DNA of 64,000 bases, taken from assembly GCA_035221665.1 (NCBI GenBank), contig CM069148.1:51832001-51896000 (forward strand). The letters are read 5' to 3'. The notes below the pieces were generated by a model that was not told the DNA's origin, did no database searches, and saw only the letters and a program-made list of their open reading frames with translations. Shown here piece after piece: positions 11,770 to 24,940 of this stretch. This DNA is from Okamejei kenojei. Taxonomy: Eukaryota. Positions within the stretch are counted from its first letter, which is position 1, and the number at the start of each line of letters is the position of its first letter. The position numbers and the translations under genes are program-made.

Positions 11770-12730
11770 TATATTAACAATTTAGACGAGGGAATTAAAT
11801 GTAACGTCTCTAAATTTGCGGATGACACAAAGCTGGGTGAGCTGTGAGGAGGATGCTATGAGGCTGTAGGGTGACTTGGACAGGTTGGGTGAGTGGGCAG
11901 ATGCACGGCAGATGGAGTATAATGTGGATAAATGTGAGGATCACTGTGGTGGCAAGAACAGGAAGGCAGATTATTATCTGAAAGGTGTCAGATTAGGAGA
12001 AGGGGAGGTGCAACGAGACCTGGGTGCTTCTTCATCAGTCACTGAAAGTAAGCATGCAGGTACAGCAGGCAGTGAAGAAAGCTAATGGCATGTTGGCCTT
12101 TATTGAGAGTGGATTTGAGTTTAGGAGCAAGGAGGTCCTACTGCAGTTGGACAGCGCCCTGGTGAGCGCTCCTGGAGTATTGTGTGCCATTTTGGTCTCC
12201 CAATTTGAGGATATTGCTATTGAGGGAGTGCAATGTAGGTTCACCAGGTTACTGATGGCGGGAACTGACATATGATGAAAGAATGGGTCGACTGGGTTGT
12301 ATTCGCTGGAATTTAGAAGGATGAGACGGGAATCATATATAGAATCATATAAAATTCTTAGATTGGACAGGGTAGATGCAGGAAAAACGTTCCCGATGTT
12401 GGGGGAGTTCAGAACCAGGGGTCACAGTTTAAGAATAAGAGGTAGGCCATTTAGGACTGAGATGTGGAAAAACGTTTTCACACAGAGAGTGGTGAATCTG
12501 TGGAATTCTCTGCCACAAAAGGCAGTGGAGGCCAATTCACTGGATGTGTTCAAGAGAGAGTTAGACTTAGCTCTTTGGGCTAAGGGAATCAAGCGATATG
12601 GGGGGAAAAGCTGGAATGGGTTACTGATTTTGGATGATCAGCCATGATCATATTGATGGCGGTGCTGGCTCGAAGGGCTGAATGACCTATTCCTGCACCT
12701 ATTTTCTCTGTTTCTATGTTTCTATTTTCA
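11770..12730 (+). mobile_element. CR1 LINE fragment, RT C-half, frameshifted
   Basis: YINNLDEG...SKFADDTKL and QRVVNLWNSLP; several frameshifts; ttctatgt-type tail. Confidence 0.9.
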
Positions 12731-12811
12731 AGTATCTGATGTTCATGTTGTTGTGTTTGCCGTGGCCCGGAGCTGTTTGTGTGTTTGAAACATATTATTG
12801 TGTAAAAGTAA

Positions 12812-13005
12812 AACACAGAGTGCTGGAGGAACTCAGTGGGTCAGGCAGCATCTGTGGAGAACATGGAGGGGTGACATTTTGGGTCGAGACCCTTCTTCTG
12901 AACCTGAGAGAACCTGACCCAAAATGTTGATGCCTGGCCCACTGAGCTCCTCCAGCACTTTGTGTGTTGCTCAAGATTACAGCATCTGCAGTTCCTTGTG
13001 TCTCC
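12812..13005. mobile_element. Penelope-derived fold-back repeat
   Basis: gtgctggaggaactcagtgggtcaggcagcatc...gggtcgagacccttcttc followed by an inverted arm. Confidence 0.75.
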
Positions 13006-13074
13006 ATTGTGAAAAAGTAGAACACCTTGAATTAATACTTCTGGTGAAGAGAAGTCGGCGGCGAGGGTTCGGCA

Positions 13075-13345
13075 GGGTGGTGGAGTGGTAGCGTTGCTGC
13101 CTCACAACGCCAGATACCCGGGTTCAAACCCCACCACGGGTGCTGGCTGGGTGGAGTTTATACGTTCTCCCTGTGACCGTGTGGGTTTTCTCCGGGTGCT
13201 CCGGTTTCCTCCTACTTCCCAGTGTAGGTTAATTGGCTTCTGTGAATTGTAAATTATCCCAAGTGTGTAGGATAGTGCTAGTGTACGGGGTGATCGCTGG
13301 TCGGTGGGCCGAAGGGCCTGTTTCCACACTGTGATGTCCAAAGTC
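13075..13345 (+). mobile_element. HE1-like V-SINE
   Basis: SINE consensus match. Confidence 0.8.
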
Positions 13346-13569
13346 TGAAAGGTGGATGATAGTTGTCTACTGCCTGAATCAGAGCCCATTGTATTCATCT
13401 GTTAACATGTAAATGCATAGAAAAAGCATTTGTGCAAAGGTTTTTGAACATTTTTTTGTTGAAAAGTGTTTTGAACTATGTGTTCATTGCGTACCAAAGT
13501 TTTAGTCCTTTGGAAACTTGGAGCAGGCATTTCCTACCCAGATTCCTCCCTAAGCAGAATCATTATTGA

Positions 13570-14020
13570 GCTAGGGAGGGTGCAGTGAGGATTTATGAGG
13601 ATGTTGCCTGGACTCGAGGGCATGAGCTTTAGGGAGAGGTGGGACAGGCTAGAACCTGGAGCGCAGGAGGCTGGGGGGCAATCTTATAGTGTATAAAATC
13701 ATAAGGGGAACATATAGGGTGAATGCACAAAGTCTTTTACCCAGAGTTGGGGAATCAAGAACCAGAGGACACAAGTTTAAGGTACTGGGGGAAAGATTTA
13801 ATAAACTCTTAGGGACAATGTTTCCACACAGAGGGTGGTGAGTATGTGGAACCAACTGCCAGAGGAGGCAGCTGAACACTTGGACAGGTACATAGATAGG
13901 ATAGGTTTGGACGGATATGGGCCAAACGCAGGCAGGTGGGACTAGTGTAGACGGGGCATGTTGGTCGGTGTGGGCAAGTTGGCTGAAAAGTCTGTTTCCG
14001 TGCTGTATCACTCTCTGACT
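13570..14020 (+). mobile_element. CR1 LINE 3' fragment
   Basis: ESRTRGHKFKV...gggccaaacgcaggcaggtgggactag 3' end. Confidence 0.8.
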
Positions 14021-14474
14021 ATTTCCAGTTGTATATTGCACAATTGTTGATATTATTAATTACTCGCCAACAGAAATTGGATGAAAAGGTTGCATCGAAT
14101 ATCCTTGTGTAAAACAAGGAGCACATTACGCTGAGAGAATGGGTCTCCGAGGGTGCACTGATCTGCTGTGGGACATTTCTGCTGTATTCTGCACATATTC
14201 CTCCAACATATGTTTCAATGTATTAGTCACATCACCGGAGGCCTTGGGCACAGACTGAACATCTGTGCACTGATATGTTCAACTCGCAGATGCCCCAGTC
14301 TGTGGTGTGGGGACAGCCCATGGCAACTCTACCCTCCTCCCCCCTGCCCCCCTCCCCCAACATTCCCCCCCCCCCCCCCCCCCCCCCCGTGTTGCCGCAG
14401 TCTCCATCTGCCCATTGCCTGTACTGTTCCCTGCACTCCACCCGTCCCAACTGGCAGAGTTCGAGGCTGAGGTT

Positions 14475-14815
14475 TTCCCCTTTCCCATCGGGCAAGAGGT
14501 ACAGCAGTATGTAAACGCACAGCTCCACATTCAGGGACAGTTTCTTCCCAGCTGTTATCAGGCAACTGAACCGTCCTATCACCAACTGGAGAGCGGTCCT
14601 GACCTCCCATCTTCCTCATTGGAGACCCTCGGACTATCTTTGATCGGACTTAACTGGATTTTATCTTGCACTAAACGTGATTCCCTTATCATGTATCTGT
14701 TCACTGTGGACGGCTCGATTGTAATGATGTATTGTGTTTCCGCTGACTGGTTAGCACGCAAGACAAAGCTTTTCACCGTACCTCGCTACATGTGACGATA
14801 GACAAAACTAAAACT
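14475..14815 (+). mobile_element. Rex1/Babar LINE 3' fragment
   Basis: PSGKRY...FRDSFFPAVIRQLN-like end plus Rex 3'UTR. Confidence 0.75.
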
Positions 14816-15754
14816 ATGACTTAATGTGGAGATCTAGTAGAAATCTTTAGCATTCCACCTGCCTCCCCCCACTCCCCCAATCTTCCCCCTCTCCCCGCCC
14901 CCACTCTCCCTGTCTTCCTCCATTCCCCACCCCTTCCTTTACTCCTCTTGTTCCCCTCCCCCCCCCGCTCTCCATGTATTCCCCCACCCCAACTGCGTCC
15001 CCCCATTCCCCACCCCCTCCCCCACTCCTCCTGTCCCCCTCACCCCCACTCCCTCCCCCGCACTCCAGCTCCCCTCGGGGAGTGTCGATGGAACATGACT
15101 CGAGGGATGGCTCTGAGCGAGCTTAGTTATTTAACGCTTGCGACAGGATTTATTGACTTTTGTGCAAAGTGAAACGTATTAAAAAACGGTTCATTCCGGC
15201 TCAGCTGAAGGGAAGTGCCCTGGAACGGCAAGCGCTGCTGGTGAAAGATGGTTAGGCTTACAAACCTGAAGGAGCAACTTCATTAGATGAGAGAGCCTTT
15301 TGAATTAGTGTCAAGAAGGCAGCAATTTAACATGGAGCTGAACCTGAACTCACGGCTCGATCTAGCTCATCAAGCCAGCAGTCACTAATACACAACCCTG
15401 CAACACTGAACAACATTCCAGTGCGATCACTGACTGAGTGTTCCTTTTCCAAAGCCCCAGCTGCTCGTGCAACACTAGTCCGATAGTTTGTTATTTGTCA
15501 CGCGTGCAACTGCGCAGTCAAATTCATTTTGCATATATTACACATGTGGGCAGCGCCATGTTTTGCCGCCATTATTCAAAGTCCAAAGTCCTGTCAGCCC
15601 ATCTGGCCATTTTTGTGTCCCAGAGCTGACCTTAAAGGCACTGTAAGCATTATCCTGCTTCATCCTCCTACCATGCCCTTGCTCTTCACATCTGCTGTCT
15701 CTAGCTCTCTCCCGGCCCCACCGAGCAACAAACCGAGCGGGCGGGCACTTAACT

Positions 15755-16050
15755 AAGGGGCGGCACTGTGTCGGTAAATTGCCACATCACAGCGCCAGAG
15801 ACCCAGGTTCGATCCTGACCACGGGTGCAGAGTTTGTACGTTCTCCCCATGACTGCTCGGGTTTTCTCTGGGTGCTCCGGTTTCCTCTCGCACTCTAAAG
15901 ACGTGCGGGTTTGTAGGTTAATTGCCTTCAGTAAAAATTGGAAATTGTCCCCGGTGTGTAGGATAGTGCCAGTGTACGGGGAGATTGTGGGTCGGCATGG
16001 ACTCGGTGGGACGAAGGGCCTGTTTCCACGCTGTATCTGTAAACTGAACT
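15755..16050 (+). mobile_element. HE1-like V-SINE
   Basis: SINE consensus match. Confidence 0.8.
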
Positions 16051-16614
16051 ACCTGATGGAGGCAGGACCTAGTGGGTATGAAATGGGAGGCTAACAGTTT
16101 GCACAGCTTTGTATGCATGCAGGAATATTTACTCTGCTCAAAGAGTGTCAATCAGAGAGCAATAGCATGGGAGACATCATAAATTTCTAAGCTGATGCCG
16201 AGGAACAGACATGAGCTGTCATGTTTGAACTAACATTGCAGGACCGGGGTAATGGATGCCTTCACGTGGTCCAGTAGTCAGCAGATTCTCTTGTGGTGAT
16301 GGATGCTGTCAGCATTCTCAATGTTACACCAGATTCCACCGCACAATCAACGTGGCTTTCCCAGCCCGTGCAAAACGAGATCGATTTATCCTGAGTGCTC
16401 GTCGCTTGCTAAATGAAATTAATGCACTGTGTCGGGAGGAACTGGTTTACACTGAAGATAGACATAAAATGGTACATGCGTAGGACAGATTTGGAGGGAT
16501 AATAACCAAAGGCGGGCAGGTGAGACTAGTGCAGCTGAGACATGTTGGCCAGTGTGGCCAAGTTGGGCCGAAGGACCCGTTTCCATACTCTTTCCCTCTA
16601 TGAAATCTATGAAA

Positions 16615-16875
16615 CTCAGTGGGTCAGGCAGCACCTCTAGATAGAAGGAACGGGTGACATTTTGGGTCGAGACCCTTCTTCAGGCTGAGAGTCAGGGGAG
16701 AAGGAGACACAGAGATATGGATGGGTAAGTTGTGGAAACGAGACATCAAAGGGGATGTGTATCAAGGGGAATAGAATAGAATATTGTCGGCTCGGGGAAG
16801 TTGACAACAAAGCACACAAAGATAAAATGTAATGAGGAAGGCAGTCAGGCTGGTTGGAGAACTAGGATGGGGGGT
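16615..16875 (-). mobile_element. Penelope 3'/pLTR fragment just upstream of the SOX6 acceptor
   Basis: Reverse complement reads ctgaagaagggtctcgacccaaaatgtcacc, plus Penelope 3'UTR-like sequence similar to 24600-24940. Confidence 0.7.
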
Positions 16876-16916
16876 TGGCTGTGTTGCTCTGTTCTCTTCC
16901 TGCTCGGGTGTTTGAG

Positions 16917-17150
16917 GGAGTAAGGCCGTGAATGGGTCTGCAGCTAATCTACAGCAGTGTGATTGTTGGCCTACAGGGAGTACTACAGTACCGGAGGCTC
17001 GGGTCTACAGAGAAACCAGGGGTCGCAGCAACAACGAACCGCACATCAAACGACCAATGAACGCCTTCATGGTGTGGGCGAAGGACGAGCGCAGGAAAAT
17101 ACTGCAAGCCTTTCCAGACATGCACAACTCGAACATCAGCAAGATATTGG
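16917..17150 (+). CDS. SOX6: SOX6 exon (N-terminal part of HMG box); alternative in-frame acceptor at 16977
   Basis: [79 protein letters not shown]. Acceptors tttgAG|16917 and ctacAG|16977; donor GTGAGT at 17151. Confidence 0.95.
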
Positions 17151-17229
17151 GTGAGTAATTGGGCAAACCATGCCTCAAACTACAGCTACCTCCTTCCTTT
17201 GACGACAGTGTTTATCACCCAACTCATAG

Positions 17230-17550
17230 ACATGGGCAGTCACGGTGGGAGCAGACGTAGAGTTGCTGCCTTACAATGAATGCAGAGCCAGCACCCGATT
17301 ACAGGTGCTGTCTGTACGGAGTTTGTACGCTCTCCCCATGAACTACGTGGGTTTTCTCCGAGATCTTCGGTTTCCTCCCACACTGCAAAGACGTACAGGT
17401 TTGTAGGTTAATTGGCTTGGTAAATGTAAAAATTGTCCCTAGTGTGTGTAGGATAATGTTAATGTGCGGGATCACTGGTCGGTGCGGACCCGGTGGGCCA
17501 AGGGGCCTGTTTCCGTGCTGTATCTCTAAATTAAACTAAACTAAACTAAA
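17230..17550 (+). mobile_element. HE1-like V-SINE
   Basis: SINE consensus with (ctaaa)n tail. Confidence 0.85.
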
Positions 17551-17654
17551 CATCAAATTATTATGGACACACGGAACTGCGGATGCTGTTTTACAAGGAA
17601 ATACACAAAGTGTGGAACAACCTAGAGTGGGTCAGGCAGCATCCTCAGAAGCCT

Positions 17655-18250
17655 TCTTTAGAAAGCTTAGGAAGTTCGGCATGTCCCTTACAACTCTCAC
17701 CAACCTCTACAGATGCGCCATATAAAGCATTTTATCAGGATGCATCACAGCTTGGTTTGGGAACAGCTCCATCCAAAAGCTCAAGAAATTGCAGAGAATT
17801 GTGGACGCAGCCCAGACCATCACACAAACCAGCCTTCCTTCCATTGACTCCATTTACACCTCGACTCGGCAAGGCCAGCATCCCAAACTCAATGATGAGT
17901 GGCACCCTGGCCACTCCCTCTTCTCCTCTCTCCCATCAGGCAAGAGGCATAGAAGTGTGAAAACGCTCACCTCCAGATTCAGGGACAGTTTCTTCCCAGC
18001 TGTTATCAGGCAACTGAACCGTCCTCCCAACAACTAGAGAGCAGTGCTGAACTATATTTACTTCATTGTAGACCCTCTGACAATCTTTGTTTAGACTTTA
18101 CTGGCTTTATCTTGCACTAAATGATATTCACATTATTCACTTTATCATGTATCTGGACACTGTGGATGGCTCTATTGTAATCAAGTATCGTCTTTCCGCT
18201 GACTGGTTAACACGCAACAACGATAACACGTGACGATAAACTCAACTCCA
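17655..18250 (+). mobile_element. Rex1/Babar LINE 3' end inserted into a Penelope-derived repeat
   Basis: RKLRKFGMS...CITAWFGNSS...HPGHSLFSSLPSGKRHRSVKTLTSRFRDSFFPAVIRQLN. Host halves at ~17570-17645 and ~18255-18410. Confidence 0.85.
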
Positions 18251-18939
18251 GCTCAGTGCCTGGAGGACATGAACGGACAGTGTTTCCCGTCAGACTGAAG
18301 CATTTGAAGGATCCCTACCCAAAACGTCGCCTGTACCATTTCCTCCACAATTGCTGCCTGACCCACTTTATGCTCTACTCAACATGCCAGTATCTGCAGT
18401 TCCTTGTGACTCAATTTTAAGAAACTATCTTCCAGGAATGTGTTAACGTACTTTTATGAACAGGGATGTAATATTTTAATATCCTTGTTACGCATCTGAA
18501 GAGTGAGAGGCTGCTGTTGTCATTCAATGTGAATCAGTTGTCTAAGGTTACCTGCTATAAATCCATAGGCAAAATGCAAGCAAATGGGAATAGTGCAAGA
18601 TGTCCACCAAGAACATGATGGGCCAAAGGGCCTTCTTCTGTGCTGTATATCTCTATGACTGAAAACCATGCCATGGTGTTCAGAATGCCTGAATAGCCCC
18701 ACGCAGTTCCCGTAGGGGTTGGGTTCACCAAGAGTTCAATCAACTGTTGGCAAAAGGTCCATCAAATAAAAGTGAAAAATGCTAGAATTAGACAATTCTC
18801 CTCAAAATCTACTGGAATGGTATTTTGCGGAGTTGAGTAACAGAGCATAAGAAGAACGATGACTGAATACAAATGTATGCGGGTGAGAATCAAAATATTT
18901 GTAGTCTGGAACGGTGCAAGAAGGAAGGACCCCCCATGG

Positions 18940-19222
18940 GTTTAGTTCGGCCCACCAAGTCCTCGCTGACCATCGGTCACCCGTTCACACTAGTTCTATG
19001 TTATCCCACTTTCTCATCCACTCCCTACACGCTAGGGGGACATTTACAGAGGGCTATTTAACCTGCAAACCTGCACAGAAACCAAAGCACCTGGAGGAAA
19101 CCCACGGGGTCACAGGGAGAATGTGAAAACTGCACACACAGACAGCACCCGAGGTGAGAATCGAACCTGGGTCTCTGGCGCTATGAGGCAGCAGCTCTAC
19201 CCGCTACGCCACCGTGCTGCCC
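18940..19222 (-). mobile_element. HE1-like V-SINE
   Basis: Reverse-complement SINE. Confidence 0.8.
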
Positions 19223-19865
19223 ATATTGCAGGGGGTGGATCTTTCTTCAGGGAAGTGAGCCGTCCAAAGAATGATGAGACATAAATTCGTGACAAATTTG
19301 TTTAGAATAGCAATTAGGAAGAATTTTGTGCTCCCGAAATGTAGTAAAGATTAATAATAACCCGTCAACACATGATAATAAAAGCAAGTAGGGCTTTTGT
19401 TAATTGTTTACATTTCAATTTTCTATGGAATACAGTTTTACAGCCAGCTGTCTGCAAATGTCATCATAGTTTACTTTCTGCCATGTGTGTCATGGCGTGG
19501 AAGGGTAGAACTTAGCTGGCAAATTAAAACATACTTGTCTTTGTTCTTTTTTTAAACACATTGGCTACCACTGTTGATTACCATAGTGATCCTCGGAGTT
19601 GTTTTTTCCAGTGCCCCACCATAGAATAAACCCATTCCTTCACTGACCCCCTCCTCCAACCCCCCCATCCCCCTCCCCCATCCCCTTTCCACTAATCCCA
19701 CCCCATCCCCCTCCCTTATCCCCTTTCCCAAGCCCATCCCTATCCCCCTTACCACCCCTTCCCCATCTCGTGCTCCACCCCCCTCCCCCATCCACTCCCT
19801 CTCCTTCCCATTCCCCTCCCCCACCCACTCAAACAACATGGATAGGATAGTTGTAGAGGGATGTA

Positions 19866-21485
19866 CAGTGGCTTGCAAAAGTATTCATACCCCTTGAACT
19901 TTTCCACATTTTGTCACGTTAAAACCACAAACGTAAATGTATTTTATTGGAATTTTATATGATAGACCAACACAAAGTGGCGCATAATTGTGAAGTGGAA
20001 GGGAAATGATACATTGTTTTCAAATTTTTTTACAAATAAAAAACTGAAAAGTGTGGCGTGCAAAAGTATTTAGCCCCCTTTACTCTGATACCCCGAAATA
20101 AAATCCAGTGGAACCAATTGCCTTCAGAAGTCATCTAATTAGTAAATAGAGCCCACTTGTGTGTAATCTAATCTCAGTATAAATACAGCTGTTCTGTGAA
20201 GGCCGCAGAGCCTTGTTAGAGAACATTAGTGAACAAACAATGTTCCTTGGGCATCATGAAGCCCAAGGAACACACCAGACAGGTCAGGGATAAAGTTGTG
20301 GAGATGTTTAAAGCAGGGTTAGGTTATAAAAAAATAACCCAAGCTTTGAACGTCTCATGGAGCACTGTTCAATCCAAAATGGAAAGAGTATGGCACAACT
20401 GCAAACCTACCAAGACATGGCCGTCCACCTAAACTGACAGGCCGGACAAGGAGAGCATTGATCAGAGAAGCAGCCAAGAGGCCCATGGTAACTCTGGAGA
20501 AGCTGCAGAGATCTACAGCTCAGGTGGGAAATTCTGTCCACAGGACAACTATTTGTCATGCACTCCACAAATCAGGCCTTTATGGAAGAGTGGCAAGAGG
20601 AAAGCCATTGTTGAAACAAAGCCATAAGAAGTCCCGTTTGCAGTTTGCCACAAGCCATGTGGGGGACACAGCAAACATGTGGAGGAAGGTGCTGTGGTCT
20701 GATGAGACCAAAATTGAAGTTTTTGACCTAAATGCAAAACGCTATGTGTGGCAGAAAACTAACACCGCACATCACCCTGAATACACCATCCCCACTGTGT
20801 AACATGGTGGTGGCAGCATCATGCTGTGGGGATGCTTTTCTTCGGCAGGGACAGGGAAGCTGGTTAGAGTTCTTGGGAAGATGGATGGAGCCAAATACTG
20901 GGCAATCTTGGAAGAAAACCTGTTAGAGTCTGCAAAAGACTTGAGACTGGGGCGGAGGTTCACCTTCCAGCAGGACAACGAACCTAAACATACAGCCAGG
21001 GCTACAATGGAATGGTTTAGATCAAAGCATATTCATGTGTTAGAATGGCCCAGTCAAAGTCCAGACCTAAATCCAATTGAGAATCTCTGGCAAGACTTGA
21101 AAATTGCTGTTCACAGACGCTCTCCATCCAATCTGACTGAGCTTGAGCTATTTTGCAAAGAACAATGGGCACAAATGTCAGTCTCTAGATGTGCAAAGCT
21201 GGTAGAGACATACTCCAAAAGACTTGCAGCTGTAATTGCAGCGAAAGGTGGTTCTACAAAGTATTGACTCTGGGGGGCTGAATACTTTTGCACGCCACAC
21301 TTTTCAGTTTTTTATTTGTAATAAAATTTGGAAACGATGTATAATTTTCCTTCCACTTCACAATTATGCACCACTTTATGTTGGTGTATCACATAAAATC
21401 CCAATAAAATACATTTCGGTTTGTGGTTGTAACGTGACAACATTTGGAAAAGTTCAAGGGGTATGAATACTTTTGCAAGCCAGTG
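19866..21485 (+). mobile_element. Full-length Tc1 (Passport-like, IR/DR) transposon with defective transposase
   Basis: TA TSD at 19864-65 and 21486-87; ~213-bp TIRs starting CAGTGGCTTGCAAAAGTATTC. An 8-bp deletion near 20375 and TAA at 20800 break the ORF relative to 58889-59908. Confidence 0.95.
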
Positions 21486-22334
21486 TAGACCAAACGTGGG
21501 CAGGTGGGAATAGTACACTTGGGATATCTTGGTAACATGGACAAGTGGGGCCGAAGGGCCTGTTTCTTGCTGTCTGACACTATGACACATTCCCAGCAGT
21601 CTGCGTCCAGTGTTAACTCAAAATTGGAGTTAAAACATCAACTGATTATTGTACAGTGAGCTGTGTCCTTTGTTCATAAGCTCCATAATTGGCTAATGAA
21701 TGCTGGAGGATTTTTGTTAGTAATTTCGGAGCTATATTTATTTCAGTATAAAACCATATTCTCGCCACTGAATCAGCCGGCCTTCCTTGTCTGAGTGCAG
21801 ACAAAGCCAGCAATCAGTTGACAACATGGTGAGGCGAGGCACTGAGTGATGTTATTGTTTACACCATGCATGGACATAAAAGGGACTGTTGCTGTGAATG
21901 GGATTTAGATTCAGAAACACAAGCATTCACACTATCTAGAACTCTTTTCCACGGAATGAATAGTGATCAGAGAAAGTGATCAAATCTCCAGACACTTGGA
22001 TTATCTTGCTGCAGACTTGCATATTTATCGCTTTGGCATGTCTTTAAGCTGTGCCCATTTATTGAGCTGACTCATTGATTGTAAGAAATAACGGAGTCAC
22101 AGAGTCATACAGCACAGAATTTGGCCCTACAACCCAACTCGTTCATGCTGATTAAAGATACTCTATCTACACCAGTCCCATCTACCCTCCTTTGGCCCAT
22201 ATCCCTCCATACCTTTTCAAACCAAATACCCGCCCAAATGTCTTTTAAAGAGCATAAACATTCAATTTCTTAAATAATCATTTTTCTCTAATACTTTTTG
22301 TATATTTCTAGATATATTTATTACCTGCAGTCTT

Positions 22335-22635
22335 TAAGTTTAGAGACTGCGCAGAAACAGCCCCTTCGGCTCACCGAGTTCGCGCCGACTAGCGATCCAC
22401 GCACCCTAACGCTATCCCACACACACTAGGGAGAATTTACATTTGTACCAAGTCAATTAACCTACAAACCTGTACGTCTTTGAAGTGTGGGAGGAAACCG
22501 GAGCACCTGGAGAAAACCCACGCAGGTCACAGGGAGAACGTTAAAACTGCGTACAGACAGCACCGGTAATAAGGATCAACCCCGGATCTCTGGCGCTGTA
22601 AGGCAGCAGCTCTACCACTGCGTCACCATGCCGCC
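22335..22635 (-). mobile_element. HE1-like V-SINE
   Basis: Reverse-complement SINE. Confidence 0.85.
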
Positions 22636-23039
22636 CTTTACATTTATTGGGAATGGATAGATGACATATTGAGTCCCTGTAGAAGAATGGTGTTTGTCCA
22701 TTCCCTCCACAGATGCTGCCTGACTCGCTGAGTTCCTCCAGCACTTTGTATTTTGCTCGATTCCAGCATCTGCAGATTCTTTGGCTGCAGATGCGTCTAG
22801 CAGGAAAAAATAAATGCACTACACATTTCTACTAAATAATAGATTTTCGCCCTGGCACAATGGTGTGGAAGGTTGCTGTCTGGACACTCATGTTAATTGC
22901 TGCACTTGCTGAATTGAAATCAACACTAAATATCTCTGTTAAAGTGAATAATGGTGAAATTCCACAACATTATAACAACAGCGGTTGTATTAAAATAATG
23001 AAATTAGCATAATAAACTCTTTACAAATCTACATAATTA

Positions 23040-23072
<33 letters not shown>

Positions 23073-23684
23073 CCCTCTCTCTCCCTCTCTCTCTCTCTCC
23101 CCCCCCCTCTTCCTCTCTCTCACTGCGTTAAAAAAAACCTTCACATTCAAACGATCACACCATCTAAATTCTTCTTCTTTAACTTTTTAGGGGAGACCTG
23201 CACATGATTAGCCTATTAATATAAAGTTTTCATAAGTTGTCAAAACTCCCTTTAATTTTTTTGAAAAATCTGACATGGGAATAAGACAAACACTTGATTC
23301 ATCCCAATTAAGCCATTCACATGATCTCAAATTGTTCCAGATTCCTGAGTGATTAAATTAAAAAATGTCAATTCAAAATTCAAGAGTGAAGAGCTCATGA
23401 AATTTGTGAAGTGGCATTGGTATGGCTTTATTATTGTCAGGTGTACCGAGATGCAGTGGAAAGCATTTGTGTGTACCTGGTTCATTATTTATTGGTTTGT
23501 ATTTAGACTGAGTAGATAAATAAATGGAGACAGAGATATTCCACTTCCCACTTATAGAGTCATGGAGTTATAGAGTCAGACAGAACGGAAACAGACCCTT
23601 CGGAAGGTAGATGGGACATGTTGGCCAGTGTGGACAAGTTGGGCCGAAGGGCCTCTTTACACACTGTGTGATTCTATGGCTCTA

Positions 23685-23835
23685 AAATATGCTGGAGTAA
23701 CTCAGCTGGGACAGGCAGCATCTCTGGATAACATGGATAGTAGTCTGAAGCAGGGTCCCAACTTAAAACGTCACCTATCCATGTTCTCCACAGATGCTGC
23801 CTGACCTGTTGAGTTTCTCCAGCACTCTGTGCCTT
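23685..23835. mobile_element. Penelope-derived fold-back with degenerate hammerhead (+)
   Basis: agtctgaagcagggtcccaacttaaaacgtcacctatcc between inverted arms. Confidence 0.7.
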
Positions 23836-24574
23836 TCTAAACCTAAACCAATTTTTTCAAATTTTTTTTAAGGATAGGTAATGGAGTGTTTTACTTAGTG
23901 TTAAGTAAGCCCATTGACAAAACATGTTTACTTATTTACTTATTGAATGTTAGACACAAGCTCAGTGTCACGGGCTTTGGAGATTGTGTTCAGGAGTTAC
24001 GTCAGTCTAGTTCTGCTGTGCCTTGTGTTTGTGAAAACGCAGCTGCAGTAACGTCTGATGAGAGTTCCACGAGTACAAACAACTAATAAAAATATTGCAC
24101 ACTTTAGCAGCATGTGCTAACACCCCTGTGACCTGCGATCCAGGGCAAGTATATTAAGGTTCAAGAGTTAGTGTGCTGGTCTCCACAATTAAATCCCTTG
24201 TCATTCCAATTGAAAACCTTTTGATGGAAAACCAAATGATGAAACCTTTTGAAATGCTGGCCTTCTAAATTTGTGCCGGGTAGCATTACAAATTCAGGTC
24301 TCTGAAAATGCTGAGAACAATGTTCTGCATTGTCTATCTTCCCCTTTGCTCTACCCATTGTACTTCAGTTTGACTTGATTGTGTTTATGTAGAGTATTAT
24401 CTGATCTGTCTAGATAGCACCCAACACAAAGCTTTTCACAGTACCTCGGTACACGTGACAATAATAAACCTAAACATAACCCTGAACCTAAAGAAAAGAA
24501 TCTTGATGCTTTGTGCCAGGAATTGGTGTAACCTGACTCATTGCTACGACATACAAACATTCCACAAATAAATC

Positions 24575-24940
24575 ATTGATTTCTCTAACTTCAAGTAATC
24601 CTGGCATCCCCTCTCTCCCCGCTCCACCCCCACCCTGTTCACTGTCTTCCTGGTGAGTCTCATTGCCTGTAACTCGTTTTCACCTAGCTCACAGCTAACA
24701 ATGACCTGTTCCGTTTATCATCGTTACTTTTTTGCATATCTTTCATTCATTTGTTCTATATCTCTCTCTATATCACCGTCTTTATCTCTCGTTTTACTTT
24801 CACCTGACACTCAGCCTGAAGAATAGTCTCGACCCGAAACATCACCTATTCCTTTTCTCCAAAATGTTGTCTGACTTGCTGAGTTACTCCGGCTTTTTGT
24901 GTCTATCTTCGTTTCAAACCAACATCTGCAGTTCCTTCCT
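24575..24940 (+). mobile_element. Penelope-like element 3' end (ORF C-terminus, 3'UTR, hammerhead-bearing pLTR)
   Basis: IDFSNFK* at 24575-24598, pyrimidine-rich UTR, then cctgaagaatagtctcgacccgaaacatcacc at ~24815-24846. Confidence 0.75.

Noticed and set aside
14168-15172. Pro/Gly-rich ORFs (also 3516-4179, 19552-19878, 39411-39757)
   Set aside because: Translations of low-complexity C/G tracts and TE fragments.
1-16916. Further upstream SOX6 exons
   Set aside because: No segment resembling the preceding exon (GVIDLTRPED-like) was found by eye; it probably lies left of the window.
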